Origin: Eledone cirrhosa
Taxonomy: Eukaryota
Reading direction: 5' to 3'
Length of the DNA stretch: 64,000 nucleotides
Assembly: GCA_964016885.1 (NCBI GenBank)
Contig: OZ024741.1
Coordinates: 91,078,001 to 91,142,000 of the forward strand
Made by a program: the position numbers and the translations under genes. The notes beneath the pieces are model-generated. The model was not told the DNA's origin and searched no databases. It saw only the letters and a program-made list of their open reading frames with translations. Each line of letters starts with the position of its first letter. Positions within the stretch are counted from its first letter, which is position 1. Shown here one piece after another: positions 25,807 through 39,493 of this stretch.

Positions 25807-28000
25807 AGGGTTAAAATACTGGAGCGTGTTGGAGTTAAACACCCTCTTTGTATTATAGAAATGACAGTAAAAGGTATAGCTCAATGTAATTAAACAGAGC
25901 CGAAGAATTATGAAAGTAAAACAAAGAAGCCTTCAATACATCAAAAGTCTTTATTAGCCAACAATGTTTCGTCCTATTAAGGACTCATCAGGGCAATTAA
26001 AACAACAAGAAGTATTATCAGCCAATACAAGCCGGAAACTCCGAAGAATATGGAGTGTACATACACTAAAGTATTGCAAGATTATGGGTAAAAATATATA
26101 ATAAAAATCACTAAGGAGGTGTATAACATTTAGAACCATATTACAAATATAGTCCAAAGCAAAAAAAACCCTAGAGCTAAACAAAGGTGGTTATATAGAG
26201 CAGGAATTATATATAATACAATATAATATAATATAATATACCTTCACCAATATTAAAATTACAATAAAAATCAAAAGGTACAATATACATATGTGTATAT
26301 GTACGCACACGTACACACACATACACATACATCAATACACATATCCATCTTCAACAGCACAAATTAAACCTTATTAAGAGTTTAAATATAAATAAGCATG
26401 ATAGGAATAAAAATAATAATAATAATAATAATACATATACCCAATATACATGAGGTAATAATGTGATATTATTATAAGTAGCACATATAATATATAATAA
26501 ACTATACAATTATATACTATATATAATAGAATAGATAATCTCCGGTTAATTTACACAAACAATATAGATGTCACAATAATACTATAATAATAATATAATA
26601 ACATATATAATATACAATATATAATGGCATTCAAGTTAACAAATCAATTCATATAAAGTTACAGAGTAGGCGAGGAAAAATAAATTGTACAATACCCAAA
26701 AATTATGATGGTACAAAAATATAAACATCTTACATGATATATAAAGTTTAACATATCACAATGTTACATATAATCAACGGTAAGTAATAAGGATCGATAT
26801 TACAATAACAAATACAATATAATATAAAATAATTAACATAATATAATATATAATTACTTATAATTACAAGGTTGGTAAACAGACATGTATGTGGATGAGT
26901 GAGTAAAGGCCAGACTGTAAATAGAATGCACAGTAGTATTACAAATAAAATATAAAATAAAATAAATAAATAGAATCAACCGGAAATTAAAAAACAAAAA
27001 CAAAAGTATACATTTAGGTCTCACATGCAGTTAAGTAAAAACTAAGGAAACAACCCCGGTAAATGACTCGAAAACCCTATTTGATAAATTAATATTAAAA
27101 ATATTTAAAATATCCACTAAGGCAATATAATATTAGCTATGGTTTAAGTAATCAAAGTTTATAAACGTTAATATTTCGTTACAAATATTTACAAAAAGGA
27201 ATGAAATTTTCTACTATCATATACATAATGATATCTAAAAAACTGACTTAAGCAGAATTATGGTAGGCTAATAGGGACAGAAATAAAGAAATATATGGAG
27301 GATACAAAGGGGCATAAAATCATAGTCAATATACTATATTAAATAATAGAAAGGAGCGTAAAAGAGGGGGAGGGGTTAAATATAATCATAATCTATTTGG
27401 AGGGGTTGACAATAAGTTTATGTGAGGGAGGGGGGGGGGGTATCCAAAGAAGAATCAAAATAAAAATAAAAATAAAATAAAATGAAATAAAATAAAATAA
27501 TGTAAAATATATAATCAGATATATACTCATAAGGTGTTAATAGTGAAAATTTAATGCGTAAGAAGATAGATATGGCATAGTAGCCAAAAGATTATGAGAG
27601 CTAGAATAAAGAGTTGTCAAAAACCAATGATAATAATGATGATAATAATGGTGGTAAACAAAAAGAACCTAAACTAAAAAATAAGTAATGGAATATATCA
27701 GCTAATGGATACAATTTGTACTACTAGAACCTTTAGGTTTATAATAAAAGTAAGAATTAGAAATAGCGTGGGGGCAAGAAGAGACTATCTCAGACTTTCT
27801 ATTAAGTAAGGATTCGCTAGAGAAAATTATAGAGTGTGTCTCGAGGATACAGAGATTACAAAATTTAGTATGTGTAGAAAGGTTATTAGAGCGTGCTACT
27901 AAACGCCAGTTAAGGCTATATGGTATATTAGCCCCCTTAAGATCCCAGATATAATGTGCTAAAGAAGTAGAATTCTTAAACTTAACATGTTTGAAATTAG
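25800..28000 (-). mobile_element. Penelope-like element 3' part (GIY-YIG C-terminus, long AT-rich 3' region, terminal hammerhead)
   Basis: Translation FKNSTSLAHYIWDLK...LNWRLV...CNLCILE...LLNRKSEIVSSCPH at ~27760-28000. Hammerhead plus AATAAA near 25950. Confidence 0.75.
25957..25994 (-). ncRNA. Minimal type I hammerhead ribozyme
   Basis: Minus strand: gcc-CTGATGA-gtcc[ttaata]ggac-GAA-ACattGT-T-ggc then taataaa. Intact core and stem II. Confidence 0.75.
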
Positions 28001-28197
28001 AGATATATATATATATATACATACATATATACATATGGAGGAGGTTATAGTTCACTTGAAGCATTGTGTAATGAGGTATAAACGTTTGTATATGTATAAT
28101 AAAGCCAAAACAATGCAGGTATGGACATAGAATAAAGAATGCAAATGCAAAAGATATTGTTGACAATTAGTCTTTTACCTTAGATTTATTTAAATGT

Positions 28198-28232
28198 CCT
28201 TAATTTTCGAGATAATATCTCTTCTTCGGAGG
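28198..28232 (-). ncRNA. Minimal hammerhead-like motif (core CCGAAGA)
   Basis: Minus strand: cct-CCGAAGA-agagata[t]tatctc-GAA-AATT-A-agg. Confidence 0.5.
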
Positions 28233-28336
28233 GAAGTAAAGCGGTTAAACCAGTGTTCTAAATAGCTTGCCAAGTCATACATATATATATACATAGCTTG
28301 CCAAGTCATACATATATATATATTTAATATAGAGAT

Positions 28337-28430
28337 GGTTTCTACAGGACTAGAACTGTTTTGCCGCAGTGTGAATATTTGGCTGGCTGTGCTGTGTCCG
28401 AGGCAAAAACCATACTGTTCATCAGCTAGC
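28337..28430 (-). ncRNA. 3'-truncated hammerhead-like motif with long stem II
   Basis: Minus strand: gctag-CTGATGA-acag...ttttgcc...ggcaaaa...ctgta-GAAACC, then interrupted. The 3' strands of stems III and I are missing. Confidence 0.35.
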
Positions 28431-29524
28431 TTAGACTCGACAATCTCCGTACATCACTTTGCCAGACACTTAGTATAGACTTTAGCAAGGAGATCCTGCT
28501 ATAATTGGAGCAATATCTCTTGTCTTACTTAATATATATATATTATTTATTCAGATTATATATATACATATATATAATAGATAAACATTGGGAGTTACTT
28601 TAGATTAATAAGAACATTGTTCAGCTTAGTATTTATTACTTAAAAATGAAGAATGTAGGTATTGTAATGAGTTACTGTCTGATGGCTGAGTTCTTCCCAT
28701 TATCCATCAGGCAGTAACCCATTACATTATCATCCTCATCAATACATATAGCAGGGAAAGCGGACATTACAATAATGATGATGATGATAACGATACATAC
28801 ATATATACACACACACACATGGCTTAGTGGTTAGAGCATTGGCCTTGCAATCGAAAGGTTGAGTTCAATTCTCAGACTGGGTGATGTGTTGTTTCCTTGA
28901 GCAAGACACTTTATTTCACATTGCTCCAGTTTACTCAGCTGTAGAAATGAGATGATAGGGACTTGGGCCCCTATCATTCCACTGTAAAGTGGTCGTGGAG
29001 GTGCCACGGCAAAAAAGCACCCAGCACTCACTGTAAATGAGGTTGGTGTTAGGAAGGGCATCCAGCTGTAGAAATCAAGCCAAAATCAGTTCCCGTATGA
29101 GGAAGGCATGGTCAGCCGACCAGACACTGCCCACAACAGGAGAACCCGTCTAACCCATGCTAGCATGGAAGAACGGATGTAAAACGGTGATGATGATGAT
29201 GACACACACACATATTTTTTTAAATAGGTTATGCTCATCATGGAGTCTTATTTCATGGCTCCAACTGTTTCAGTCACATCTTCCAACATGCAGAGATATT
29301 GTGTACTTATTCCAAATTAAATTCACCGGGTGAAAAGAGTGAAGGAAATGAGTGGGAAAGGAAGAAGAGGACATTCTGTGGGATGATGAAGGTGGGAATG
29401 TTAACCAGGGTATTTGTGTGTGAGGATGCTGACAAAAGGCAAAATGGAGAAGATTGTCAAGGGGTCCACAATGCTAACTCTTGCTTCAGCTGGGAAAATG
29501 GCCTTAAAACACTTGTCATTTGTT

Positions 29525-30390
29525 GAATCATCATCATCATCATCATCAACGTTTAACGTCCGTGTTCCACGCTTGCATGGGTTTGGACGGGGGTTTTCCC
29601 ACTTGAGGCAAGAGTGATTGTCCTGCTCGCATAGGACTGTCTGGCAGGTTTTCTACAGTTGGATGCCCTTCCTAACACCAACCACATTTACAGTGTGGGT
29701 CTGGGAGGTTTTTACCGTGTTGCCTACACGGCCACATTACAGCGTGGACTGTGTTTTTTTGTCGTGACACCTACACGATCTCATTTGTTTCAGCCTGGAT
29801 GGTGTGGCACCAACATAACTTTACATAGAAGGGGGCGGTGTGGATGGGGTGGGGGTGTATTTTGTTAGAGATGCCTACTGACTGTAGTAGGTTTTACTTT
29901 GTATTTAGGTAAGGCGGGTCTTCTCTATTACTGAGTACCGCCAAAGGTCTCGGTCCAGTGACATTGTCTTGGTGAGGTGTAAGTGTGTGAGGTCGGAGTT
30001 TATTAGCTCGTCCCAGGTTTTTCTGGGTCTGCCTATTCCGTTGCTACCGTCTATCTTTATTGCCCTGCACTTTGTTATACAGCTATCGTCCTTCATGCGC
30101 ATCACGTGACCATACCAACGTAGCCTTCTCTCTAGTAAACAACATCTGATCCCTCTTATTTCTAATTTTTTCCTTAGTTCGTTTATGCTTTGTCGTTCAC
30201 GTATATTACTATTACACATCCAGCGGAGCATGCAAGCTTCGTTTCTCTCTAGTCTGCGTATATCCTCTGCACACAATGCCCAGGTCTCACTGCCATGCAA
30301 CATTGCTGTTCGTATGCAGGCATCGTACAGCCTGCCTTTAATTTTTAGGGAGAACCCTTTAGCGGCTAATAGTGGTATAAGCTCTCTGAA
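29525..30390 (-). mobile_element. RTE LINE 3' fragment, same subfamily as 18140-20985
   Basis: Nearly identical to 18140-19000, including the 3'UTR. ORF 29905-30303. Confidence 0.9.
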
Positions 30391-30619
30391 TATATATATA
30401 TATATATATTTCGTTTCTGAATTTGTTTAGCAAGATTCTTTATCTGAAAACGTGTGTTGAAACCGATATTGTTATACTTTGGGAGGGTCATGTTGCCAAT
30501 AAGAAACACATGCACCAGTTGCTTTCACTTCAATTTATTATAATAAATTTATAAATTTAGGAATTTATAAATTTCCGGTTGGTTGGTTGGTTCCACAACC
30601 AGATGATTGTTTATATATT

Positions 30620-30662
30620 GTCAAAGTTCTTTCGTCACACATTCAGTGACCTCTTCAGTGAC
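30620..30662 (-). ncRNA. Type I hammerhead motif in the left arm of the foldback
   Basis: Minus strand: gtca-CTGAAGA-ggtcac[tgaatgt]gtgac-GAA-AGaaCT-T-tgac. Confidence 0.6.
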
Positions 30663-31047
30663 TGGGGATTCTTTTCTTTGTTTTTGTGCCTCTCCTTTGT
30701 TCTGTCCTACACCATCTTGTTTTTGTGTGTGTTGTGTGCTTAGTTTGCACATGTGTTACATCTGGGTGTCTGTGTGTGTTTATATTTGTTTATTTATTTG
30801 TTTATTTACATGTTACTGGTTGGTTGTTTGTTCTATGTGCGTGTGTGTTTTCATTTTGTCCTTAATTGTAAGGACAAAATGAAAACACACACGCACATAG
30901 AACAAACAACCAACCAGTAACATGTAAATAAACAAACACCCGGATGTAACACATGCGCAAACTAAGCATACAACACACACAAAAACAAGATGGCGTAGGA
31001 CAGAACAAAGGAGAGGCACAAAAACAAAGAAAAGAATCCCCAGTCAC

Positions 31048-31090
31048 GTCACTGAAGAGGTCACAGAATGTGTGACGAAAGAATTTTGAC
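31048..31090 (+). ncRNA. Type I hammerhead motif in the right arm of the foldback
   Basis: gtca-CTGAAGA-ggtcaca[gaatg]tgtgac-GAA-AGaaTT-T-tgac. Confidence 0.6.
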
Positions 31091-31406
31091 AATATATAAA
31101 CAATCATCTGGTTGTGGAACCAACCAACCAACCGGAAATTTATAAATTTATTATAATAAATTGAAGTGAAAGCAACTGGTGCGTGTGTTTCTTATTGGCA
31201 ACATGACCCTCCCAAAATATAACAATATATATATATATATATATTGTTATACTTGGGGAGGGTCATATTTGTGTAATATTGCCAGAATTAATAACAGAAC
31301 ACACTCACTGTTTGGTTGGTTTTCGCTTTTCACAAATATGACCCCCCCCCCCCCAAGTATAACAATATTTGTTTCGACACACGATTTCATATAAAAAACC
31401 TCACAA

Positions 31407-31485
<79 letters not shown>

Positions 31486-32804
31486 TAGATAGATAGGGAG
31501 GTAGTCATGTCCTTGACATGACTGAAAAGTCCCCTCAACCCATTACTTGGCATGGTTTCAATGCCTGGGTCCCTTCTTAATACCAACCACTTTACAGTCT
31601 GTACTGACTGGATGCATTTTATTATAGTACCAGCATTAAGGAGGTGGTGTCCTTGGCACAGCTAAAGAGTTATATATATAGATCTGTAACTCCTGGTGTA
31701 GTCGTAGGGGTGACAGAGGGCATTTTAAACCTGGCAGAACTTACATATGTTTTAGGTCTGAATACAGCTAATTTCTTCCAGAGAAGAAGTAAAATATAGT
31801 AGTACTTTACTGGTACCATATTTATTAACTGCGAAAGGATGAAAGGTAAAGATGACTTCAGTGAGTGTAGAAAGCTAGAACAAATACTGCAAATACTGCA
31901 AAGCATTCTATCTAACGTTCAAACAAATCTGCCAATTTACCGTTCTATGGCATGTTTAAAAATAGTAATAATATACATGTATACTCCTTGGGATACACCA
32001 TAATTAGTCTTACTGAGATACTCTTTACGAAAAATGTAAAAAAAAAGAACATTCATAAAATTACCAATTTGGGCTAAGATATGTCTATAAGGTGACAAAA
32101 TAAATGGAAAAGCTAACCTCTGATACAAGATCATCATTGTTGTGTTACATTGGCTTTTACATGGTTGAATGGGTCTTTTTCAGCACACCTTCCTTCCATT
32201 TGTCACAGTCCTTCATCTCCTTTGTGCGATTCAGCAATTTGAGATCAGCTCTCATAACTTGGTTTCTGTTTACTGCAGCTTCATTCCACTAGGATTTCTT
32301 GGCACTTCTTCAGTCAACAATCGTTATCTGTATGCATCACATGTCCTTACCAATGCAGTCTTTTCTCCTGCACATTACATCTGATTTCTCTTATACCCAA
32401 CTTTTCTTTCCGCTCATCCATGTTTTGTATTTCACACATATTAACATTGTACATCCCTCATTCTGCAGATATCACATATCCTCGGCATCCACTGTCCATA
32501 TTTCACTATCATGCATCACACACAAGCATCATATAGCTAGGTTTGCATTCATAGATATAAAGAAAATATTTGTAATCTTACCTCATAGCAAGTTTTCTGC
32601 TACAGAATGTTCTGTTTTGAGAACTATATCTCTCATCAAGGATGAGGAGTGGTGTGTGAATGTAAAAAGTCTAAAGTTGATTTGATCACCTTAAATCTCA
32701 CACAAGTTTGAAATATTTTTTCTGTTATCATGGCTTTTACAAAAATGCCATGCTAGCGTGGAAAATAGATGTTAAACAGTGATGATGAATTACTTTGATT
32801 GCAG

Positions 32805-32914
32805 TGAAAATTCAGACACGGCTGTTCAAATATTCAACAAAGAAAAACTAGTGCATTTCCTTGTGTATTGTTTGAACCCCAATATCTATGGATATCCTTT
32901 AGTACTTGCAGTGG
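32805..32914 (+). CDS. HEATR3: HEATR3 exon 5
   Basis: ttgcAG|(C)ENSDTAVQIFNKEKLVHFLVYCL...LVLAV(A)|GTGAGT. Matches CE.S..AV.IFNKE. Confidence 0.92.
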
Positions 32915-34417
32915 GTGAGTATTACTAATTCTCTCTGTTTTTCTTTTTGAATTTTGATTTTATCAATGTCTCCAGTTGACATATAGTGTTATATTTCATG
33001 AGGTATCCATTTGGGATAATAATACAACTTTTACTCATAAGTTATCTTAAAATTAAGGTTTCATAGGGTGTTAGATTGACAGAATTGGTAGAGTGTTGGA
33101 TAAAATGTCATTGTGGTATTTATTCTGGCACATTACATTCTGAGTTCAAACTACGCTGAGGTTAACTTTACCTTTCATCCTTTCGAGGTCGATAAAATAA
33201 AGTACCAGTCAAATACTGGGGTTGATTTAATCAACTTTGCCCTTCCCCCAAAATTTGCTGGACTTATGCCTAAATTTGAAATCAATATTACGGTTTCATT
33301 AAATGAAGCTGTAAATTCTGACCTTCAGAAGAAGAGACACAAAATATCTGTAAGGTTCTGACTCTGGACTACTGATAAAACTCTTATTATAGTTACTGTG
33401 CAAGGTTTTCTTTGAATGGTTCTTTCTCTTTTAACTCTTAATGTCCTGTAATGGGTTAGTAGAAAATACTTAAAAACTGATTTGTTAATTTAAATGTTAA
33501 TAAAATCTTTACTAGACTGATTGTTGTGAAAATTTGCAGCATAAGAGTAAAGACTTTGATTTGTAATATGATGCAGTCATAGTGAAGTTCTGTATTTTTA
33601 CAAGAATGTCTTCAGTGATATCAAGAGAAAAAATATGTTTCACATAACATATTTCCTCAAATTAACATATAATGATATACTAAATATAGAATTAAGAATT
33701 TATAGGTGTGTTATACACTCATTTATGTGTGTTATAATACATAGTATTCTTTTACTAGTTTCAGTGATGGACGGCAGCCATGCTGGGTTACCAAGTATTT
33801 TAGTTGTTCCTTTCATAGTTAGTTTTTTTACCTCAGAGGACAGAGGCCAAGTGTAACTGAGTGTAAAAAGTGGCAATTGCAAAACAACTTATTACTACCA
33901 AGTATTTTTATTCAATATCGTCATTTTTTGCTAACATCAACATACTCTTTCATACACATGTATAATAATGCAACAAATAGCAAAGATGAAATGAAATTGT
34001 TTTATTCTTGACCCATTTTTATATGTTATCTGATTTGTGACCCAGGCATTTAATAATTATTTGTGTCATCAGAGAAAACATTATAGGGAACAATTCCATT
34101 GTAGTCACATAGTTATAACAACTGCAATCACAGTATATGTGATAGATAACATACCATTGTAGAGATGTATATTAAATGACTAAAACATTTAATATCAACA
34201 TGAGTGTGTTTTTACATGGCACCAATGCTAATACTTTGGTGTACTGGGTGCAGTATCATGATACCAGCACTAGAGGGGTTGTCATATGCATATCCAGACT
34301 GAAGGGTCCTCTCAAAACCTATATTATCTTCTGTGATATAGCTATTCTATACCATCTCACTGCTGTTTGCTATAATACAATATATTTATTACAATCTGAT
34401 TACTGTATGTTGTAATA

Positions 34418-34862
34418 TATTAGGTTGGCGAGAAATTTTTTTATTGACTTTGGTGTTTTTTAACATTAGAAAAGTTTTCCAAGTTAAAATAATCGGCATC
34501 ATTTACAATCAACATCTGCCACCGTTTAGGAAAGCACATGATTCCATCCCTGTAAAATTCTTCTGTCTTTGACTGCATTGCATTGCTCATTGAGAGAAAA
34601 ACATGCTAGTCTGTAGGCATGAGTTGATGCTGCTGCACTTAGGCCAGATTTGAAGTCATAAAGTAAACAGCCACAGATAAACGATTTGCATATATCCATG
34701 TTGCTTTCCCTTTGATGACATACAGAAAATAGGAAAAGCACATAGTGCATACCAACATCACTTCTCATATATGTGTGCATGTGCAACCTTCAATATTTCC
34801 AGAAAACTCAACCGAAATACCTCCTTTTGAAAAACGGTGGGAACTTTGTGTCCAACCCAATA
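34418..34862 (-). mobile_element. Internally deleted mariner element
   Basis: TIR-like ends tattaggttgg / ccaacccaata. The transposase N-terminus (MDICKSFICGCLLYDFKSGLSAA) lies close to the C-terminus (FYRDGIMCFPKRWQMLIVNDADYF). Confidence 0.75.
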
Positions 34863-36490
34863 TTTACTACTAGCTCATTGCTATATATAATATATTTACT
34901 ACCATCTTACTATATATAATATATTTACTACCATCTCATTGCTATATATAATATATTTACTACTAGCTCATTACTATATATAATATATTTACTACCATCT
35001 TACTATATATAATATATTTACTACCAGCTCATTGCTGTATGGTGTAATATATTTACTACCATCTCATTGCTATATATAATATATTTACAACCATCTTACT
35101 ATATATAATATATTTACTACCATCTCATTGCTATATATAATATATTTACTACCATCTCATTGCTATATATAATATATTTACTACCAGCTCATTACTGTAT
35201 GGTGTAATATATTTACTACCATCTCATTGCTATATATAATATATTTACTACCATCTCATTGCTATATATAATATATTTACTACCATCTTACTATATATAA
35301 TATATTTACTACCAGCTCATTGCTGTATGGTGTAATATATTTACTACCATCTCATTGCTATATATAATATATTTACTACCAGCTCATTGCTGTATGGTGT
35401 AATATATTTACTACCATCTCATTGCTATATATAATATATTTACTACCATCTTACTATATATAATATATTTACTACCATCTCATTGCTATATATAATATAT
35501 TTACTACCAGCTCATTGCTGTATGGTGTAATATATTTACTACCATCTCATTACTATATATAATATATTTACTACCATCTCATTGCTATATATAATATATT
35601 TACTACCATCTTACTATATATAATATATTTACTACCATCTCATTGCTATATATAATATATTTACTACCATCTTACTATATATAATATATTTACTACCAGC
35701 TCATTGCTGTATGGTGTAATATATTTACTACCATCTCATTGCTATATATAATATATTTACTACCATCTCATTGCTATATATAATATATTTACTACCATCT
35801 TACTATATATAATATATTTACTACCATCTCATTGCTATATATAATATATTTACTACCATCTTACTATATATAATATATTTACTACCATCTCATTGCTATA
35901 TATAATATATTTACTACCATCTTACTATATATAATATATTTACTACCATCTCATTGCTATATATAATATATTTACTACCATCTTACTATATATAATATAT
36001 TTACTACCATCTCATTGCTATATATAATATATTTACTACCATCTTACTATATATAATATATTTACTACCAGCTCATTGCTGTATGGTGTAATATATTTAC
36101 TACCATCTCATTGCTATATATAATATATTTACTACCATCTCATTGCTATATATAATATATTTACTACCATCTTACTATATATAATATATTTACTACCATC
36201 TCATTGCTATATATAATATATTTACTACCATCTTACTATATATAATATATTTACTACCATCTCATTGCTATATATAATATATTTACTACCATCTTACTAT
36301 ATATAATATATTTACTACCATCTCATTGCTATATATAATATATTTACTACCATCTTACTATATATAATATATTTACTACCAGCTCATTGCTGTATGGTGT
36401 AATATATTTACTACCATCTCATTGCTATATATAATATATTTACTACCATCTCATTGCTATATATAATATACTTATTACCAGCTCATTGCT
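34858..36490 (+). repeat. 1.6-kb AT-rich minisatellite with 29/32/34-bp unit variants, ending in the exon-6 acceptor
   Basis: Units are tatatataatatatttactaccatctcattgc, ...ccatcttac and ...ccagctcattgctgtatggtg. Confidence 0.95.
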
Positions 36491-36625
36491 TACACACTGC
36501 TACTGATAGTAATCCTGAAGTATGTACATTTTTACGAAATGATGAACCACTCTCTCAAATCCAGTCCTTGATTACTATGAATACAACTTCAATGGATTCT
36601 TTACTTCTGCAAGCTGTAGCTACAG
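36482..36625 (+). CDS. HEATR3: HEATR3 exon 6
   Basis: ttaccAG|(A)HCLHTATDSNPEV...LLLQAVAT(G)|GTATGT. Matches A.CL.T.T..NPE; phase 1-1. Confidence 0.9.
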
Positions 36626-39264
36626 GTATGTGGCCATATTTATCAGTTTGCATCCTTCAATTTTCAATCATTTGTCTCTTAATCTTTCCATTTTCAATCT
36701 ACATATCATATGTAAAATGTTTTAAAAGTATTATATCACTGCCTTTAGGAATAAATTGGTACAAATATATTTTGTCATCTTCTTCTTTGCCCACTTATTC
36801 CTGAGAGAGTCGTGGGGGAAGGTCCTCAAACACTCCCTCCAGCAGGTCCTGTCAGAAGCAACCCTCTCCAACTGAGACCAGCCAAGCTCATGGGTGTTAT
36901 CCAACCATCTTGCTCAGGGTCTATCCCCTGGGTCTCCTGCTGGTTGGTTTTGCCTGTAAAATCTGTCCATCTGTGATCGGAGCTGTGATCTCTCAATTCG
37001 GAGAAGTAGCAGCTCTACCTGGAGTGACTCTCTGATATCTGAGCTATGATTTTTATTAAGTTTGTCGAATTTGTTCTTTAAAGAAACAGTTACATTGTAA
37101 GTACAAAGGAAGCCATTTAATGGGATTACTTTAGAGTGGAATACTTTAGGTACCAATAACTGACTGATAACATTAAGCAAAGATAATTTTGAACAATCAT
37201 TAATCGTCTTCATGAAATGTCTGCTAGTAAAGGTTAGCTGGGTCATCACAGACCAAACTGGAGATCAGAACTACTCACCTCTCAGATGGGCCAGGAGCTG
37301 CATCTCATTTACATTTATTACTGCACTCTACAAAGTGCACAGGGTGTGCTTTATCATGACATCAGCACAATGGAATATGTCATACTTTTGACTCAACTTA
37401 AGAGTCCTCTCAACCATTTGTTTGGCAAGTTTTCTATAACTGTATATGAAATTATTATTTCATTTATAAGAGCAGTAGAGCATTAAACAAAATTCTTCTC
37501 AGTATTTAGTTATGACTTTCTACATTTTGAATTCAGATCCTGCATGGTCAACTTTGATTTCATTCTTTAGGGGTTGATAAAATAAAGTGCCAGTTAAGTA
37601 CTAGGGTCAATATAATCAATATTCCCTTTCCTCCATATTGCTGGTCATGCACCAATGGTAGAAAAATTTATTTCATTTATTAGATCTTGCCTTATGAAAA
37701 ATTATTCAATGTTGATTGTATGTCGTTCACATTTAGAATTTCATTAATAAATTACTCATACTGCTTTTGAAAAATTCTGCCTATCTATGTATTTTTTGAG
37801 CTTCTTTTATCGAAGCACTGGTTGAAGAAGCTTCTAAAATTTCTACTGAATTTGGTTCATTCATTTTTTAAAATTTAGTCCACACTGTAATGTGGTAATG
37901 CTAGTGCCATGATAAAATGTGGGCAATACATGCTGTAAAATGGTTCACATTAGGAAGGGCATTCAGCCATAGAAACCATGCCAAACTCATCGTAGCATCC
38001 ATTTCAAATTAGTCATCAATAGCTAACTAATTTTTTAACTCTTCTTCTTAGCGGGGTTCTATTAAGAATGTCATTAGAATTAAGCTCTAATTGCTTGTTA
38101 AGAGGGCATTTTTTTTCACTCATTTTAGAAACTGCACACCTTTTTCTAAGCAAAATTCGTTAGTCCTCTTTGCAACTTGTTTTGGAGATATTGTTACTAT
38201 ATGCAATACATCAAATGTAATCCATTTTGCAGTTACATTTGCAAAATGATTGGCTTTGAACATTATTGAATTTGGATAAAATACTCCTATAAACTTCTCT
38301 TTAAAGTTTGTATGATGCCATTTGGTGAAGGCACGTGGCATAGTGGTTAGCATGTTGAACTTACAATCATAATGTTGTGAGTTCAATTACTAGTCCAGGT
38401 TGTTCTTTGTGTCCTTGAGCAAAACACTTCATTTTTTGTTGCTCCAGTACACTCCACTGAAAATAAGCATCAGCAGTAGCTGGGGGTTAACCTTGAGATA
38501 GATTGGCATCCTATCCAGAGTGAAATCTTGTACTCTCAGTTCCTTAACCCCAATGAAACCAGGATAAGCACAGGCCTGATGAGCCTCCAGAATGGAAAAA
38601 ATAAAAATAATGCCATTTGTTTATTCAATTATAATACTCACATGGTTGAATTAACAATGTGGTGTTTGAAGGCAAGAAAATTACTTGGAAATTCTTTAAT
38701 AACAAATTATTTTTGTGTGCTGTGAAATTATCAATTAATATTTTGCTTTAATTTCAAATGCCATTTAAGTATCCAGTCTCCAGCTATGAAAGACAACTGT
38801 AACTCTTATATAAATCATGTGTATTTAGTGTTGTTGCTCCTCTGTCATTTCGACAATGAGTGTTCCAGTTGATTCAATCAACAGAACAGCCTGCTCGTGA
38901 TATTAAAGTGTAACTTACTGAGTAGATATATGTACCTTTAATGTAGTTCCCAGGGGGATTCTGGATGATATAGTGGTTGACAAGGCTGTCTCTTTGAATT
39001 ACAGTTACAACTCATTTTTTCCAATTCACTAAACTGGAGCAAAGTGAATTAAAGTGTCTTGCTCAAGGATACAATGTGCTACATGGTCTGTGAATTGAAC
39101 TCACAACCCTACAATTGTATGCCCAACACCCTGACCACTAAGTCACTGGGCCTATTACCAACTTTATATAACCCTTTTTGTATACAATACTACTAAGAAA
39201 CATCTAAAGTGTTTGTCTGAGAGGTATAATTTTTGTGTTTTTAATTTGTATTATTTTATAGGTC

Positions 39265-39482
39265 CTTACAGCAGTGTATTGGCACAGTCATTAGAGTGTT
39301 GGACAAATGCTTAGCAGTATTTATTCTGACTCTTTACATTCTAAGTTCAAATCCTGCTAAAGTCAACTTTTCCTTTTTCCTTTTGGGATCAATAAAATAA
39401 AGTACCAGTCATGTACTGGTGTCAATATAATCAACTTACTCTTCGTCCAACATTGTTGACTCTGTGCCTAAATTACAAATTG
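39265..39482 (+). mobile_element. SINE inserted at the exon-7 acceptor, 14-bp TSD
   Basis: The SINE body (ggcacagtcattagagtgttggac...aaataaagtaccagt) is flanked by ttattttataggtc at 39251-39264 and 39483-39496. Confidence 0.7.
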
Positions 39483-39493
39483 TTATTTTATAG

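Larger units (their letters stand above)
30467..31228. repeat. ~760-bp foldback (inverted pair of ~380-bp arms)
   Basis: The left arm atattgttatactttgggagggtcatg...cattttgtcctta and the right arm taaggacaaaatg...catgaccctcccaaaatataacaatat are reverse complements around a ~4-nt loop (attg, ~30865). A mini foldback of the same termini lies at 31242-31370. Confidence 0.9.

Noticed and set aside
28820-28880. tRNA gene
   Set aside because: It is a tRNA-like SINE head continuing into SINE body, with no complete cloverleaf.
34858-36490. CRISPR-like array
   Set aside because: There are no unique spacers; it is a eukaryotic head-to-tail minisatellite.
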